Of a stretch of 64,000 bases of DNA, positions 35,729 through 44,078 are shown in pieces. The stretch's first letter is position 1, and the number at the start of each line of letters is the position of its first letter. The notes beneath the pieces are model-generated. The model searched no databases and was not told the DNA's origin. It saw nothing but the letters and a program-made list of their open reading frames with translations. The position numbers were made by a program, and so were the translations under genes. The DNA is from Candidatus Eiseniibacteriota bacterium (lineage in GTDB: Bacteria; Eisenbacteria; RBG-16-71-46), in assembly GCA_963744995.1 (NCBI GenBank), contig CAVUWA010000004.1, forward strand, positions 96,001-160,000, read 5' to 3'.

Positions 35729-37945
35729 ATGAATCTGGGTCAACTGCTGATACAGGCGTCGTTCGCACTGGCCGTCGCGACGACGCTTCTTCATTTCGGC
35801 GCGCTGCGCGGGAAGAAGACCGCGGGCGCGTCGCAGACGTTCGTGCTGCACGCCGGGGCGCTGGTCGCGGCGGTACTCCTGCTGATCCGGCACTTCGCCG
35901 CGCACGATTTCCAGTTCGCGTACGTGGCCGAGCACAGCTCGCGTGCGCTGACGCCGATCATGGCGATCGCCGCGAGCTGGGCGGGGCAGGAGGGCAGCAT
36001 TCTGCTGTGGGCCGCGATCGTGGCGGTGCTCGGGCTCGCGCTGATGCGCCAGCCGGGCAGGCTGTCCAGGCCGGCGCTGTTCTTCGTGAGCGCGAGCCAG
36101 CTGTTCCTGGTGGGCATCCTGCTGATCCGCAGCCCGTTCCGGCTGGCGCCGGCGGTGCCGGCCGACGGCTTCGGCCTGAATCCGCTGCTCGAAGACCCGT
36201 GGATGGTCGCGCACCCGCCGGCCCTGTTCGTCGGCTACGCCGCGCTGGTGGTGCCGTTCGCGCTCGCGGCGGCAGCGCTGGTGCGCAACGAATTCAAGGA
36301 CTGGAACCGCGCAGTCTGGCCGTGGGCGCTGTTCGGAACCCTCGGGCTCGGCATCGGCATCGTGCTCGGCGGGATCTGGGCCTACAAGGTGCTCGGCTGG
36401 GGCGGCTTCTGGGGCTGGGATCCGGTGGAGAACGCCTCGCTCATTCCGTGGCTCACCACCGTGGCGCTGGTGCACGGCCTGCTGATCCAGCGCACCACCG
36501 GCTCGCTCGCGCGCACGAACCTGAGTCTCGCGCTGCTCGGCTGGGTGCTCGTGGTCGGCGGCACGTACATGACGCGCAGCGGCGTGCTGCAGGATTTCTC
36601 CGTGCACTCGTTCGCCGATTCCGGGCTCAACACCCCGCTGGTCTCGTTCCTCGCCGGCACGTTCGCGCTCGGCGCGGTTCTGATGGTCTGGCGCTGGAAG
36701 TCCATTCCTTCCGCGAAGACCACCATCGAGACGCTGTCGCGTGAAGGCGCGCTGTGGCTCGGACTGCTGACGGTGGTGATGCTGGCCGCACTCGTGACGG
36801 TGGGGACCACGTCGCCGCTGCTGACCTCGCTCACCGGCCGGCCGGCTTCGGTACAGACCTCGTTCTACAACATGATCGCGCTGCCACTCGGCGTGGTGCT
36901 CGCGCTGCTGATGGCCCTCGCCCCGGCGCTGCGCTGGTCGAGGCAGAACGGCCTGACGTGGCTCACAGCGCTCGCGCCCGGCTTCGTGGCCGGCGTGCTG
37001 GCGGGCGGCGTCGCGTTCATCTTCGGGATGCACGATGCCGGCTGGATCACCATCGTGACCGCCACCGGCTTCGCGCTCGGCGTGAACGCTCAGGTGGCGG
37101 CGCGCCTGTTCCGGCGCGGCTGGATGTACGGCGCCGGATATCTGGGCCACGTCGGCATCGCGGTGATGATCCTCGGCATCGTGGTCTCGGCGACGCTCGG
37201 CCGCTCCGCACAGGTCACCCTGCGCGAGGGCGAGTCGCAGGAGGCCCTGGGCTACACGCTCACGTTCAAGGGCGCCGAGCGCGGACCGCGCGGCGAGCAG
37301 GTGATGCGCGTGGACGTCGCGGCGAAGGGCTGGCGCCACGAAGCGCGCCCGATGCTGCTCGAATCACCGCAGACGAACGGCGTCGTGCGCACGCCGGACA
37401 TCAGCGGCACGCGTGACCTTTACATCTCGCCGATGGACCTGCGCACGGTCGGCGGCGACGACCAGCTGACATGGCTCGGCAAGGGCGAGCACGTCGAGAT
37501 CGACGGCGCCACCTATGCTTTCGACGGCTTCCGCATGGAGAACCACGGCACGATGCTGGTCACCGCCGACGTCACCGTGCGGTCGCACGGCGTCACCTGG
37601 GAGGTCCGGCCTGCGATCGAGATGGGACGCGACGGTGCGGTCGCTCGTGACGCGGAGATCTCAGGGGTCGGCGCCATCGGTCTGCGCCACGTCGACGTGG
37701 ATCAGGGTCGAGTGGCGCTGGCGCTCCCCGGTCCGCACATCCACGCGGCCGCGCTCGCCACGATCGAGGTGAGCACCAAGCCGTGGATCAACCTGGTGTG
37801 GGTGGGCGCGCTGCTCGCGCTCATCGGCACGGCCATTGCCGGCCTCCGGCGCGCGGGCGAGGCCCGGCCGGCGCCGGTCCGGCGGGTGCGCGGCATGACG
37901 CCGGCCTCGGCGAAGCTCACGGTACCGGGTGCGCAGGAGCGCTGA
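35729..37945 (+). CDS. ccmF: Cytochrome c heme lyase CcmF/NrfE family
   Basis: ATG 35729 after GAGG. Motifs WAGQEGS, GLNPLL and the WWD motif WGGFWGWDPVENAS. Four conserved His contexts (AHPP, LVHG, SVHSF, LGHVG). C-terminal KPWINLVWVG. Confidence 0.93.
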   Translation: MNLGQLLIQASFALAVATTLLHFGALRGKKTAGASQTFVLHAGALVAAVLLLIRHFAAHDFQFAYVAEHSSRALTPIMAIAASWAGQEGSILLWAAIVAVLGLALMRQPGRLSRPALFFVSASQLFLVGILLIRSPFRLAPAVPADGFGLNPLLEDPWMVAHPPALFVGYAALVVPFALAAAALVRNEFKDWNRAVWPWALFGTLGLGIGIVLGGIWAYKVLGWGGFWGWDPVENASLIPWLTTVALVHGLLIQRTTGSLARTNLSLALLGWVLVVGGTYMTRSGVLQDFSVHSFADSGLNTPLVSFLAGTFALGAVLMVWRWKSIPSAKTTIETLSREGALWLGLLTVVMLAALVTVGTTSPLLTSLTGRPASVQTSFYNMIALPLGVVLALLMALAPALRWSRQNGLTWLTALAPGFVAGVLAGGVAFIFGMHDAGWITIVTATGFALGVNAQVAARLFRRGWMYGAGYLGHVGIAVMILGIVVSATLGRSAQVTLREGESQEALGYTLTFKGAERGPRGEQVMRVDVAAKGWRHEARPMLLESPQTNGVVRTPDISGTRDLYISPMDLRTVGGDDQLTWLGKGEHVEIDGATYAFDGFRMENHGTMLVTADVTVRSHGVTWEVRPAIEMGRDGAVARDAEISGVGAIGLRHVDVDQGRVALALPGPHIHAAALATIEVSTKPWINLVWVGALLALIGTAIAGLRRAGEARPAPVRRVRGMTPASAKLTVPGAQER

Positions 37946-37971
37946 AGCAGGACCCGCATCGTTCACGAATC

Positions 37972-38004
37972 CGGGCCCGCCGCCGGTCTTCCGGGGCGGG
38001 CCCG
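37972..38004. terminator. GC-rich hairpin between convergent ccmF and phosphodiesterase genes
   Basis: CGGGCCCGCC(G)CCGG-TCTT-CCGG-GGCGGGCCCG, a 14-bp stem with one bulge. Confidence 0.5.
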
Positions 38005-38051
38005 CGCCGTTCGGGAATCGAACCGGGGAAGGCGTCTCTGCCCGCCCGGGA

Positions 38052-38807
38052 TCAGAGCAGGTAGTCGCGGTTCAGCGCGCCGACGGTCGCGGCGGAGACG
38101 GCCTTCAGCTCTGCGATGATCCGTTCGCGGAAGCGCGGCTTGAGATGCACCGCGATGACCTCGACGCCGGCCGGCAGCTTGCCGGCCTCGCCGCCCAGCA
38201 GCCCCGGCGTCAGGTGGCCGGTGAGCGTTGCCAGATCCAGGAGCGCGTCGGGGAACGAGCATTCGACGAAGGCCGCGCGCAGCCGGCCGGTGGCGAGGGC
38301 CACCTGCCAGAGCCGCTCCGTGGGGCCGGAGTCGGCGCCGAAGACGATCGCCGAGGTTCCGTCGTCCACGACGTAGCCGTACGTGGGGACCGTGTGGTGC
38401 ACGGGCACGGCCGTGACGGTAAGGGTGCCGACGCGCACCGGGGTCTCGGGGCGCATCGGCAGCAGCTCGACCCACGGCCGTTCCGGCGCGCGCAGACGGG
38501 CATCGTCCACCCACACCTGCGCATTGAAGAAGTGCCGCCTGAGATCCTCGAGCGTTTCGCTCGAACCGTGAATCCGGATCGGACCCTCGCCGCGGTCGTT
38601 GCGATCCTCGATGTAGAGCGGGAGCGTGGCCACGTGATCGAGGTGCGCATGGGTGAGGAACACGTCGGCGGGGCCGCCGCGGGGCGGCGCCGACTGCAGC
38701 CCGAGGCAGCCGCCGTCGATGGCCACGGTTCCGTTCACGAGGAAGCTGATCAGGTGCTGATCGTGCGGTGTGCCGTTCGGCGACGAGGGCAGGATGCGGA
38801 CCTTCAT
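38052..38807 (-). CDS. MBL-fold 3',5'-cyclic nucleotide phosphodiesterase (class II-like)
   Basis: Metal motif THAHLDH, HFFNAQVW, VHHTVPTYG, ADSGPT, ECSFP, GHLTP and AVHLKP. Confidence 0.85.
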   Translation of the reverse strand: MKVRILPSSPNGTPHDQHLISFLVNGTVAIDGGCLGLQSAPPRGGPADVFLTHAHLDHVATLPLYIEDRNDRGEGPIRIHGSSETLEDLRRHFFNAQVWVDDARLRAPERPWVELLPMRPETPVRVGTLTVTAVPVHHTVPTYGYVVDDGTSAIVFGADSGPTERLWQVALATGRLRAAFVECSFPDALLDLATLTGHLTPGLLGGEAGKLPAGVEVIAVHLKPRFRERIIAELKAVSAATVGALNRDYLL

Positions 38808-39811
38808 GACGCCCCCGTGAGCGCGAAGACGTCCTGCGGCTCAGCGAACCCGTCGAGCATCCGCGGCCCGAGCGCCCGGAAGCGGAACGCCGCGGCGGCC
38901 AGCGCGCGGGTCCGGCCGCAGGCGAGGATCCGCCCGGTGTCGTCGTCGGCCAGCTTCTCGAGCCGGTAGGCGAGCACCACCGGCGGCCCGATCATGGAGA
39001 GTCCGACCGGATGCGGGCCGCCCATGCTGTTGACCAGGACGTTGCCGCTCGCGAGCGCCCACTCCATGCGCGCGGGCTGCGCGAGCCGCCAGAGGGCCGG
39101 ATCCCGCCCGAGGCGCGCGGCTTCGCCGTCGAGCGCGAGCGCCGCGCGGCACGCGCGCACGGCGTGGTTCCCGGCCTCGCCCGCCTCCCAGTAGGCGAGG
39201 ATCGCGTCGCCCGAATACTCCTTCACGGTGCCGCCCAGTTCCGTCACCCGCCGGGTCAGCTGATGGAAGAGCCCGCTCACCGACGCCTCGAGCGATTCCT
39301 GCTGCGCCTCGCGGACCAGCGTCGTGTAGCCGCGGATGTCGCCCACCACCACGGTCGCAGAGGTCCAGGAGGAGACCAGTTTCGTCCGGCGCTCGTGTGC
39401 CTCCGGGGGTGGCGCCGTCTTCGTCGCCGGCGCTCCGAGCCGGAAGGCGAGGTCGAGCCCCAGCGTCAGCACCTGACCGGGCTGGAGCTCGCTCTCGGTG
39501 CCGGGCACCAGCCGGCGATGATCGATGCGCGTGCCGTTGCTGCTGGTGTCGCGCACCCAGCAGCGGCCGCGCGTATCCTGGGTGATCACGCAGTGGCGCT
39601 CCGAAACCGTGCCGTCGGCGACGCGCAGCACGCCGGGCGCCGGCGCCTGCCCGGGCTCGAGGCGGCCGATCTCGAGGTAGTCGAAGAACGGGAACCGCCC
39701 GCCCTGGCACGGGCCGCTGACGGCCACCAGCTCGCGCGCCGGCGCACGGCCCGCCGGCGGCGCGAGGTAGGAGATCGCCGCGCCGGTCAGCGGCGCCCCA
39801 GACTCGCTCAC
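38804..39811 (-). CDS. FHA domain + class III adenylate/guanylate cyclase
   Basis: FHA motifs IGR, VSERH and DTSSNGT. Cyclase motifs GDIRGYT, KEYSGDAILA and IGPPVVLAYRLE. GTGA overlap at 39811. Confidence 0.88.
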   Translation of the reverse strand: MSESGAPLTGAAISYLAPPAGRAPARELVAVSGPCQGGRFPFFDYLEIGRLEPGQAPAPGVLRVADGTVSERHCVITQDTRGRCWVRDTSSNGTRIDHRRLVPGTESELQPGQVLTLGLDLAFRLGAPATKTAPPPEAHERRTKLVSSWTSATVVVGDIRGYTTLVREAQQESLEASVSGLFHQLTRRVTELGGTVKEYSGDAILAYWEAGEAGNHAVRACRAALALDGEAARLGRDPALWRLAQPARMEWALASGNVLVNSMGGPHPVGLSMIGPPVVLAYRLEKLADDDTGRILACGRTRALAAAAFRFRALGPRMLDGFAEPQDVFALTGAS

Positions 39812-40200
39812 GGCGCGTCCTCGTGCACGCCGGCGACGAGGCGCTGCCGGGCGAGTGCTTCGCTGAGTTCGCGGATCCGCCGCGACATGGTGCGCAGGAT
39901 GTTGAAGGCGAGCGAGGGGTCCTCGTGCACGCGCCGCATGAAACCTTCCTGTTCGAGCGTGAGGAGCCGGGTTTCGCCGCGGGCGCGCACCGTCGCCGAG
40001 CGCGCCTCGCGATCGAACAGGCACATCTCGCCGAAGATCTCGCCCCTGCCGAGCACGCGCAGCAGCACGTCGCCCTCGTCGCTCTGGGTGACCACCTCCA
40101 CCTCGCCCTCCTGGACCACGTACATGCAGTGCCCCGTCTCGCCCTGACGAAACACGATTTCGCCGTCCTGGTAGATCTTGCCCAGCGCACCGCTCTTCAT
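39808..40200 (-). CDS. Stand-alone cyclic nucleotide-binding domain protein
   Basis: GEIVFRQGE...MYVVQEGEV...GEIFGEM...RSATVRA, an intact phosphate-binding cassette. No HTH. ATGA overlap at 40200. Confidence 0.9.
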   Translation of the reverse strand: MKSGALGKIYQDGEIVFRQGETGHCMYVVQEGEVEVVTQSDEGDVLLRVLGRGEIFGEMCLFDREARSATVRARGETRLLTLEQEGFMRRVHEDPSLAFNILRTMSRRIRELSEALARQRLVAGVHEDAP

Positions 40201-41639
40201 GACGTCCTCCTCGTGGCCCCGGAGGTCGGGGCCCGTTCGTGGGCCGGATCCGCTCCGGCGATCGGTCCCGGCGACAGCCCGGCGGCCACCAGGTCCCAGG
40301 CGAGATGCCCGATGAACGCCGGGTGCATGGCACGCCTGACGACGCTGCCGTAGGGCGCGCTGCCCGTGAACACGTCCCAGAGAATTCCGCTCATGCGCCG
40401 CTTGCGGCCCTGGCGGCGCTGCTCCGCGGCGGTCATGCGCAGGATCCCGCGGCGCGCGAAGCGGTGTTTCTGCAGCAGGCCGGTCATCGAGAAAGCGAGT
40501 TGACCGAGCCGGTTGTCCTTCATGATCGCCCGCGCCGCGGGCAGGAAGTAGCGCTCGAAGCTCGCGGCCGAAACGCCCTGGAACACGCACGTGGTCGCGG
40601 CCACCTTGGCGGTCCGGTACGCCGCGCCGATCCCGTCCTTGTAGAGCCGCGTCACGCCGCAGTCGCCGAGGATCAGCAGCCGGTCGGCGAACGGGCGCTC
40701 GATGCCTTCGACGTTGATGAATGGAAGACACTGGCACGAACGCTTCGGCAGGTGCAGGTCGGCCGGAAAGCAGGCGCGCACCTCCGCGGAATCGACGAAC
40801 GCTTCGGCCATCGCCTTGTCGACACCCTCGCCGAGCAGGCACACGGTCGCGTATTCGCCCTTCGGGATGATCGCGGCGAACTCGAGCCCCGGGATGTCGA
40901 GCAGGAACACGTGCATCGAGTTCCCGAGCGAGGCGCCGAGCGCTTCCTCGCCGAGGAAATACTCACGAATGAACGTGCGCGCCGTCTTCGGCGGCCGGTA
41001 GCCGACATTCATACTTTCGAGCAACTGCGTCGCATCCGCGTTCACGCCTCCGGCCACGACCAGCAGATCGCAGCTCCGGGAGCGGCCGTCGGCGCCGACC
41101 AGGCAGGGGTGGCCGTCGGCGAACCCGGCGCTCTGCACCCGGCCCGGCACGACGCGCGCACCCCGCTCGACGGCACGGCCCAGCAGGAAGCCGTCGAAGC
41201 TCTCCCAGCGCGCGTTCTTCAGATCGCGCGGACCCAGCCCGCGGTGCACGGTTCCGATCCGCATCTCGTGGAGCGGCGTTTCGATCCGTACGCTGCCGAC
41301 GTCCATGTGGAGCACGTAGGAATCGATACCGCGCTGGATCACCGAATCGGGCAGCACGAGGCCCTCGGCGGCGAGCATCTGCACGAGGGATTCGGAGACG
41401 ATGCCGCCGCACATGTTGCAGCCCGCGGGGGCAGGCACGGAAAAGTCACGCGCCTCGTGGATCTCGACCTCGAGCCGGCGGCCCAGCGTGCCGGCCAGCT
41501 CGAGCAGGAAGCAGGCGAAGAACGCGCCCGCGGGTCCACCGCCCACGATCCCCACACGGGCGCCGTCTTCGAGACGCGGCCCCGGCGGTGGATCGCTCGG
41601 TGTCACGGACCTGGCCCGCCGGATCGATCCGGTCGCCAT
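40197..41639 (-). CDS. NAD(P)/FAD-dependent oxidoreductase (geranylgeranyl reductase-like fold)
   Basis: Motifs [17 protein letters not shown] and LILGDCG...KDGIGAA. Confidence 0.75.
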   Translation of the reverse strand: MATGSIRRARSVTPSDPPPGPRLEDGARVGIVGGGPAGAFFACFLLELAGTLGRRLEVEIHEARDFSVPAPAGCNMCGGIVSESLVQMLAAEGLVLPDSVIQRGIDSYVLHMDVGSVRIETPLHEMRIGTVHRGLGPRDLKNARWESFDGFLLGRAVERGARVVPGRVQSAGFADGHPCLVGADGRSRSCDLLVVAGGVNADATQLLESMNVGYRPPKTARTFIREYFLGEEALGASLGNSMHVFLLDIPGLEFAAIIPKGEYATVCLLGEGVDKAMAEAFVDSAEVRACFPADLHLPKRSCQCLPFINVEGIERPFADRLLILGDCGVTRLYKDGIGAAYRTAKVAATTCVFQGVSAASFERYFLPAARAIMKDNRLGQLAFSMTGLLQKHRFARRGILRMTAAEQRRQGRKRRMSGILWDVFTGSAPYGSVVRRAMHPAFIGHLAWDLVAAGLSPGPIAGADPAHERAPTSGATRRTS

Positions 41640-41832
41640 GGTTGCCCCCGGCAGACAACCGGTGGGCGCCCTGCGGAGAACTCCCCCCAGACTCTAACGC
41701 TTCCCGTCGCACGCCGGAAACACGAAAAGCCCGGATGGTGCCTGCGCCGCGCCGTCCCGACCGGCTGCTCGCCCGGGTCACGGTGGGGAAGCGATGCGGG
41801 GGCGCGATCCGGGGAACGAGGGCGTCCCGGCC

Positions 41833-42072
41833 TCAGCCGCGCCCGGGGCCGAACCGCCTGAGGAACGCTTCGAGCAGCCGCTCGCGCCCGGGAGCGGTGC
41901 CGCGTTCGCGCGGCAGCGCCCGCAGCGCCTCGCGCGTGATCCGGAGATGCTCGAAATAACCGGCGCAGGGACGACACGCCTGGAGATGCGCATCGAAGTG
42001 CGGCCGCAGTTCCGGCAGCAGCCGGTCTTCGAGCGCCTCGCCCATCACGTCGATCGCATCCTGACAGGTCAT
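41833..42072 (-). CDS. zf-HC2 anti-sigma factor (soluble)
   Basis: MTCQD...AHLQACRPC (HxxxCxxC). ATGA overlap with the sigma gene. No TM helix. Confidence 0.85.
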   Translation of the reverse strand: MTCQDAIDVMGEALEDRLLPELRPHFDAHLQACRPCAGYFEHLRITREALRALPRERGTAPGRERLLEAFLRRFGPGRG

Positions 42073-42806
42073 GGATTCCCCCCATTCGGCGGCGACCCGG
42101 CGCGGGCCGGCGGCGCGGCCTTTCTCCGTGCGGCGTTCGCCGGCGGCGCGCCGGCTCCGCGGGCCTCAGCCCGAAGGTGTTGATCGATGGCCTGACGGAT
42201 GCGCGCCCGTCCGCGGTGGAGCAGCACCCGCAGGTTCGTCTCGCTGACGCACAGAATGTTACAGATCTCGGCGGGAGGAACGTCCTCGACGTCACGCAGG
42301 AGCACCGCCCGCCGCTGCGGCGCCGGAAGTGCATCGAGTGCCGCACGCACGACTTCGAGCGCTTCCCTCGACTGGTAAAGATCCGCCGGATCGTCGAGCC
42401 CCCACGGGATCGGCGTTTCCTTCCACAGACCGATCCGGCCGAAGCCCGGGCGCCACTCTTCGGCGGCGGCGTTGCGCCGGGGAGCCTGGGCCTCCGCGCG
42501 CCGCGCTTCCCGCCTGGTCACGGTGCGCGCCCGCCGGATCAGGATGCCGAAGATCCAGGTGCGCAGCGTCGACCGTCCCTCGAATCCGGCAAGGCCACGG
42601 ATCACCGCGAGCCAGGTCTCCTGCACGATGTCCTCGGCGAGCGACGGGGACGAGGTGAAGGTTCTCGCCAGACCGATGAGCGGTGCGTGCAGATCGTCCA
42701 CCATCTCGGTGAAGGCGGCCCCGTCGCCTGCGCGCAGGCGACGCAAGAGCGCCTGCTCGGACGCCTGGTTCGACGCTGGCAAACGATTCTCCCGACGTCC
42801 ACGCAT
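42069..42806 (-). CDS. ECF RNA polymerase sigma-70 factor
   Basis: Region 2 AEDIVQETWLAV...FEGRSTLRTWIFGI and region 4 LPAPQRRAVLLRDVE...EICNIL...RVLLHRGR. Confidence 0.92.
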   Translation of the reverse strand: MRGRRENRLPASNQASEQALLRRLRAGDGAAFTEMVDDLHAPLIGLARTFTSSPSLAEDIVQETWLAVIRGLAGFEGRSTLRTWIFGILIRRARTVTRREARRAEAQAPRRNAAAEEWRPGFGRIGLWKETPIPWGLDDPADLYQSREALEVVRAALDALPAPQRRAVLLRDVEDVPPAEICNILCVSETNLRVLLHRGRARIRQAIDQHLRAEARGAGAPPANAARRKAAPPARAGSPPNGGNP

Positions 42807-42861
42807 GGCCCCGTCACTCTATCAGAGGCGCCGCCGCGCAGGTGGATCGAACCCGTTTTTC

Positions 42862-42889
42862 TGTAACGAAACGATGCCGGCCGGGACTC
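42862..42889 (+). promoter_or_regulatory. Putative ECF sigma promoter for the cupredoxin-FlgD gene
   Basis: TGTAAC-N17-GACTC, an AAC-type -35 element, 47 bp upstream of ATG 42937 and adjacent to the divergent ECF gene. Confidence 0.45.
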
Positions 42890-42936
42890 ATCCTGTGACA
42901 CCGGCCGTGCAGGAACGCCATCGACGAGGGACGACC

Positions 42937-43800
42937 ATGACCTACGCCCGGACCGTGACCCCGAGCCCGCCCGCCGCTCTCCGCCGTCACCCGCATCCAC
43001 GGCGCCGATACGCGTGGTGCGGGATCGTGTCCGTCGCGCTGGTGATCGCGCTCGGACCTCCCGTTCGCGCCGGGGGCGCGGCGGCGGGCGGGCACGGCAG
43101 CCACTCCATGTCCGCGACGGCCATGCAGGCCGAGGCTGCCGCCTACTGGGCCGCGCATCCGCGCACCGGTGCCGCGCCCGGGGCCGCGCTGGGCGCACCG
43201 GCCGCCACGTTCACCGTCGCCAACTTCGAGTTCGACGACGGCACGGCGGGTCAGGTGGACACGGTGTTCATCACGGTCGGCGAAAGCGTGATGTGGCAGT
43301 GGGTCTCGGGCACCCACACGATCACGAGCGGTACCGGCAGTTCGGATCCGAATCAGGGCGTGCTGTTCAATCAGCCGAGCGATCTCAACAACCAGCAGTT
43401 CTCGTTCACCTTCAACTCCGCGGGAACGTTCCCGTTCTTCTGCGCCTTCCATGAGCTCGCCAACATGCGGGGCGTCGTCGAAGTCTCAGAGTCCGTCGGC
43501 ATCGGGCCATCGACGCCGGGTGCGGCGCTGGGCTTCGTGCGGGATCCGGCGCCGAATCCGACGCGCCTGGGATCGAGCTTCCGCTTCGCGCTGCGCCGGG
43601 CGGGGCGCGTCCGCGCCGAGGTGTTCGACGCGGGCGGGAGGCGCGTCGCGACTCTGGTGGACGCCGACCTCCCCGCCGGCACCTTCAGCGGCGTGTGGAA
43701 CGGACGCACGACGTCGGGCCCCGCTGCGACCGGGGTCTACTACGTTCGCCTGCAGCTTCCGGGCTACGACGCCGCGCGCCCGGTCGTGGTGCAGCGGTGA
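42937..43800 (+). CDS. Secreted plastocyanin/cupredoxin-like copper protein with C-terminal FlgD Ig-like domain
   Basis: Type-1 copper ligands GTHTIT and FFCAFHELANM (C-x2-H-x4-M). C-terminus PAPNP...VFDAGGRRVA...WNG...GVYYVRL. Confidence 0.85.
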   Translation: MTYARTVTPSPPAALRRHPHPRRRYAWCGIVSVALVIALGPPVRAGGAAAGGHGSHSMSATAMQAEAAAYWAAHPRTGAAPGAALGAPAATFTVANFEFDDGTAGQVDTVFITVGESVMWQWVSGTHTITSGTGSSDPNQGVLFNQPSDLNNQQFSFTFNSAGTFPFFCAFHELANMRGVVEVSESVGIGPSTPGAALGFVRDPAPNPTRLGSSFRFALRRAGRVRAEVFDAGGRRVATLVDADLPAGTFSGVWNGRTTSGPAATGVYYVRLQLPGYDAARPVVVQR

Positions 43801-44078
43801 AGGGCGGCCCGGGCGGTCCGGCGCCGGGCCACCGCCCGCTCCGAACCGGCCGCCGCGTCGAAGGGGACCCCTGATCGGCCGATCCCCTCGACGCGTTCCG
43901 CCGTGACCCCGTGCGGCCGCGTGCGGAGCGGGACACGCTGTCGGTCTGCGGGCGGGTCGAATGGCGCGCAGGCCACGTCACGCGCGAGGGCACCGCGTCC
44001 GGGGGGGACGCGGGACCTCGCCGTGTGAAGCACTCTGCACGCGTTGCCGCGCGGGCGACCGGTTGCGGGGGAGGGCCG

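Noticed and set aside
38052..40200. Pycsar/CBASS-type anti-phage system
   Set aside because: The cNMP-binding protein has no TIR or TM effector domain, the cyclase carries an FHA domain, and a degrading phosphodiesterase is co-encoded. This fits signalling better than abortive infection.
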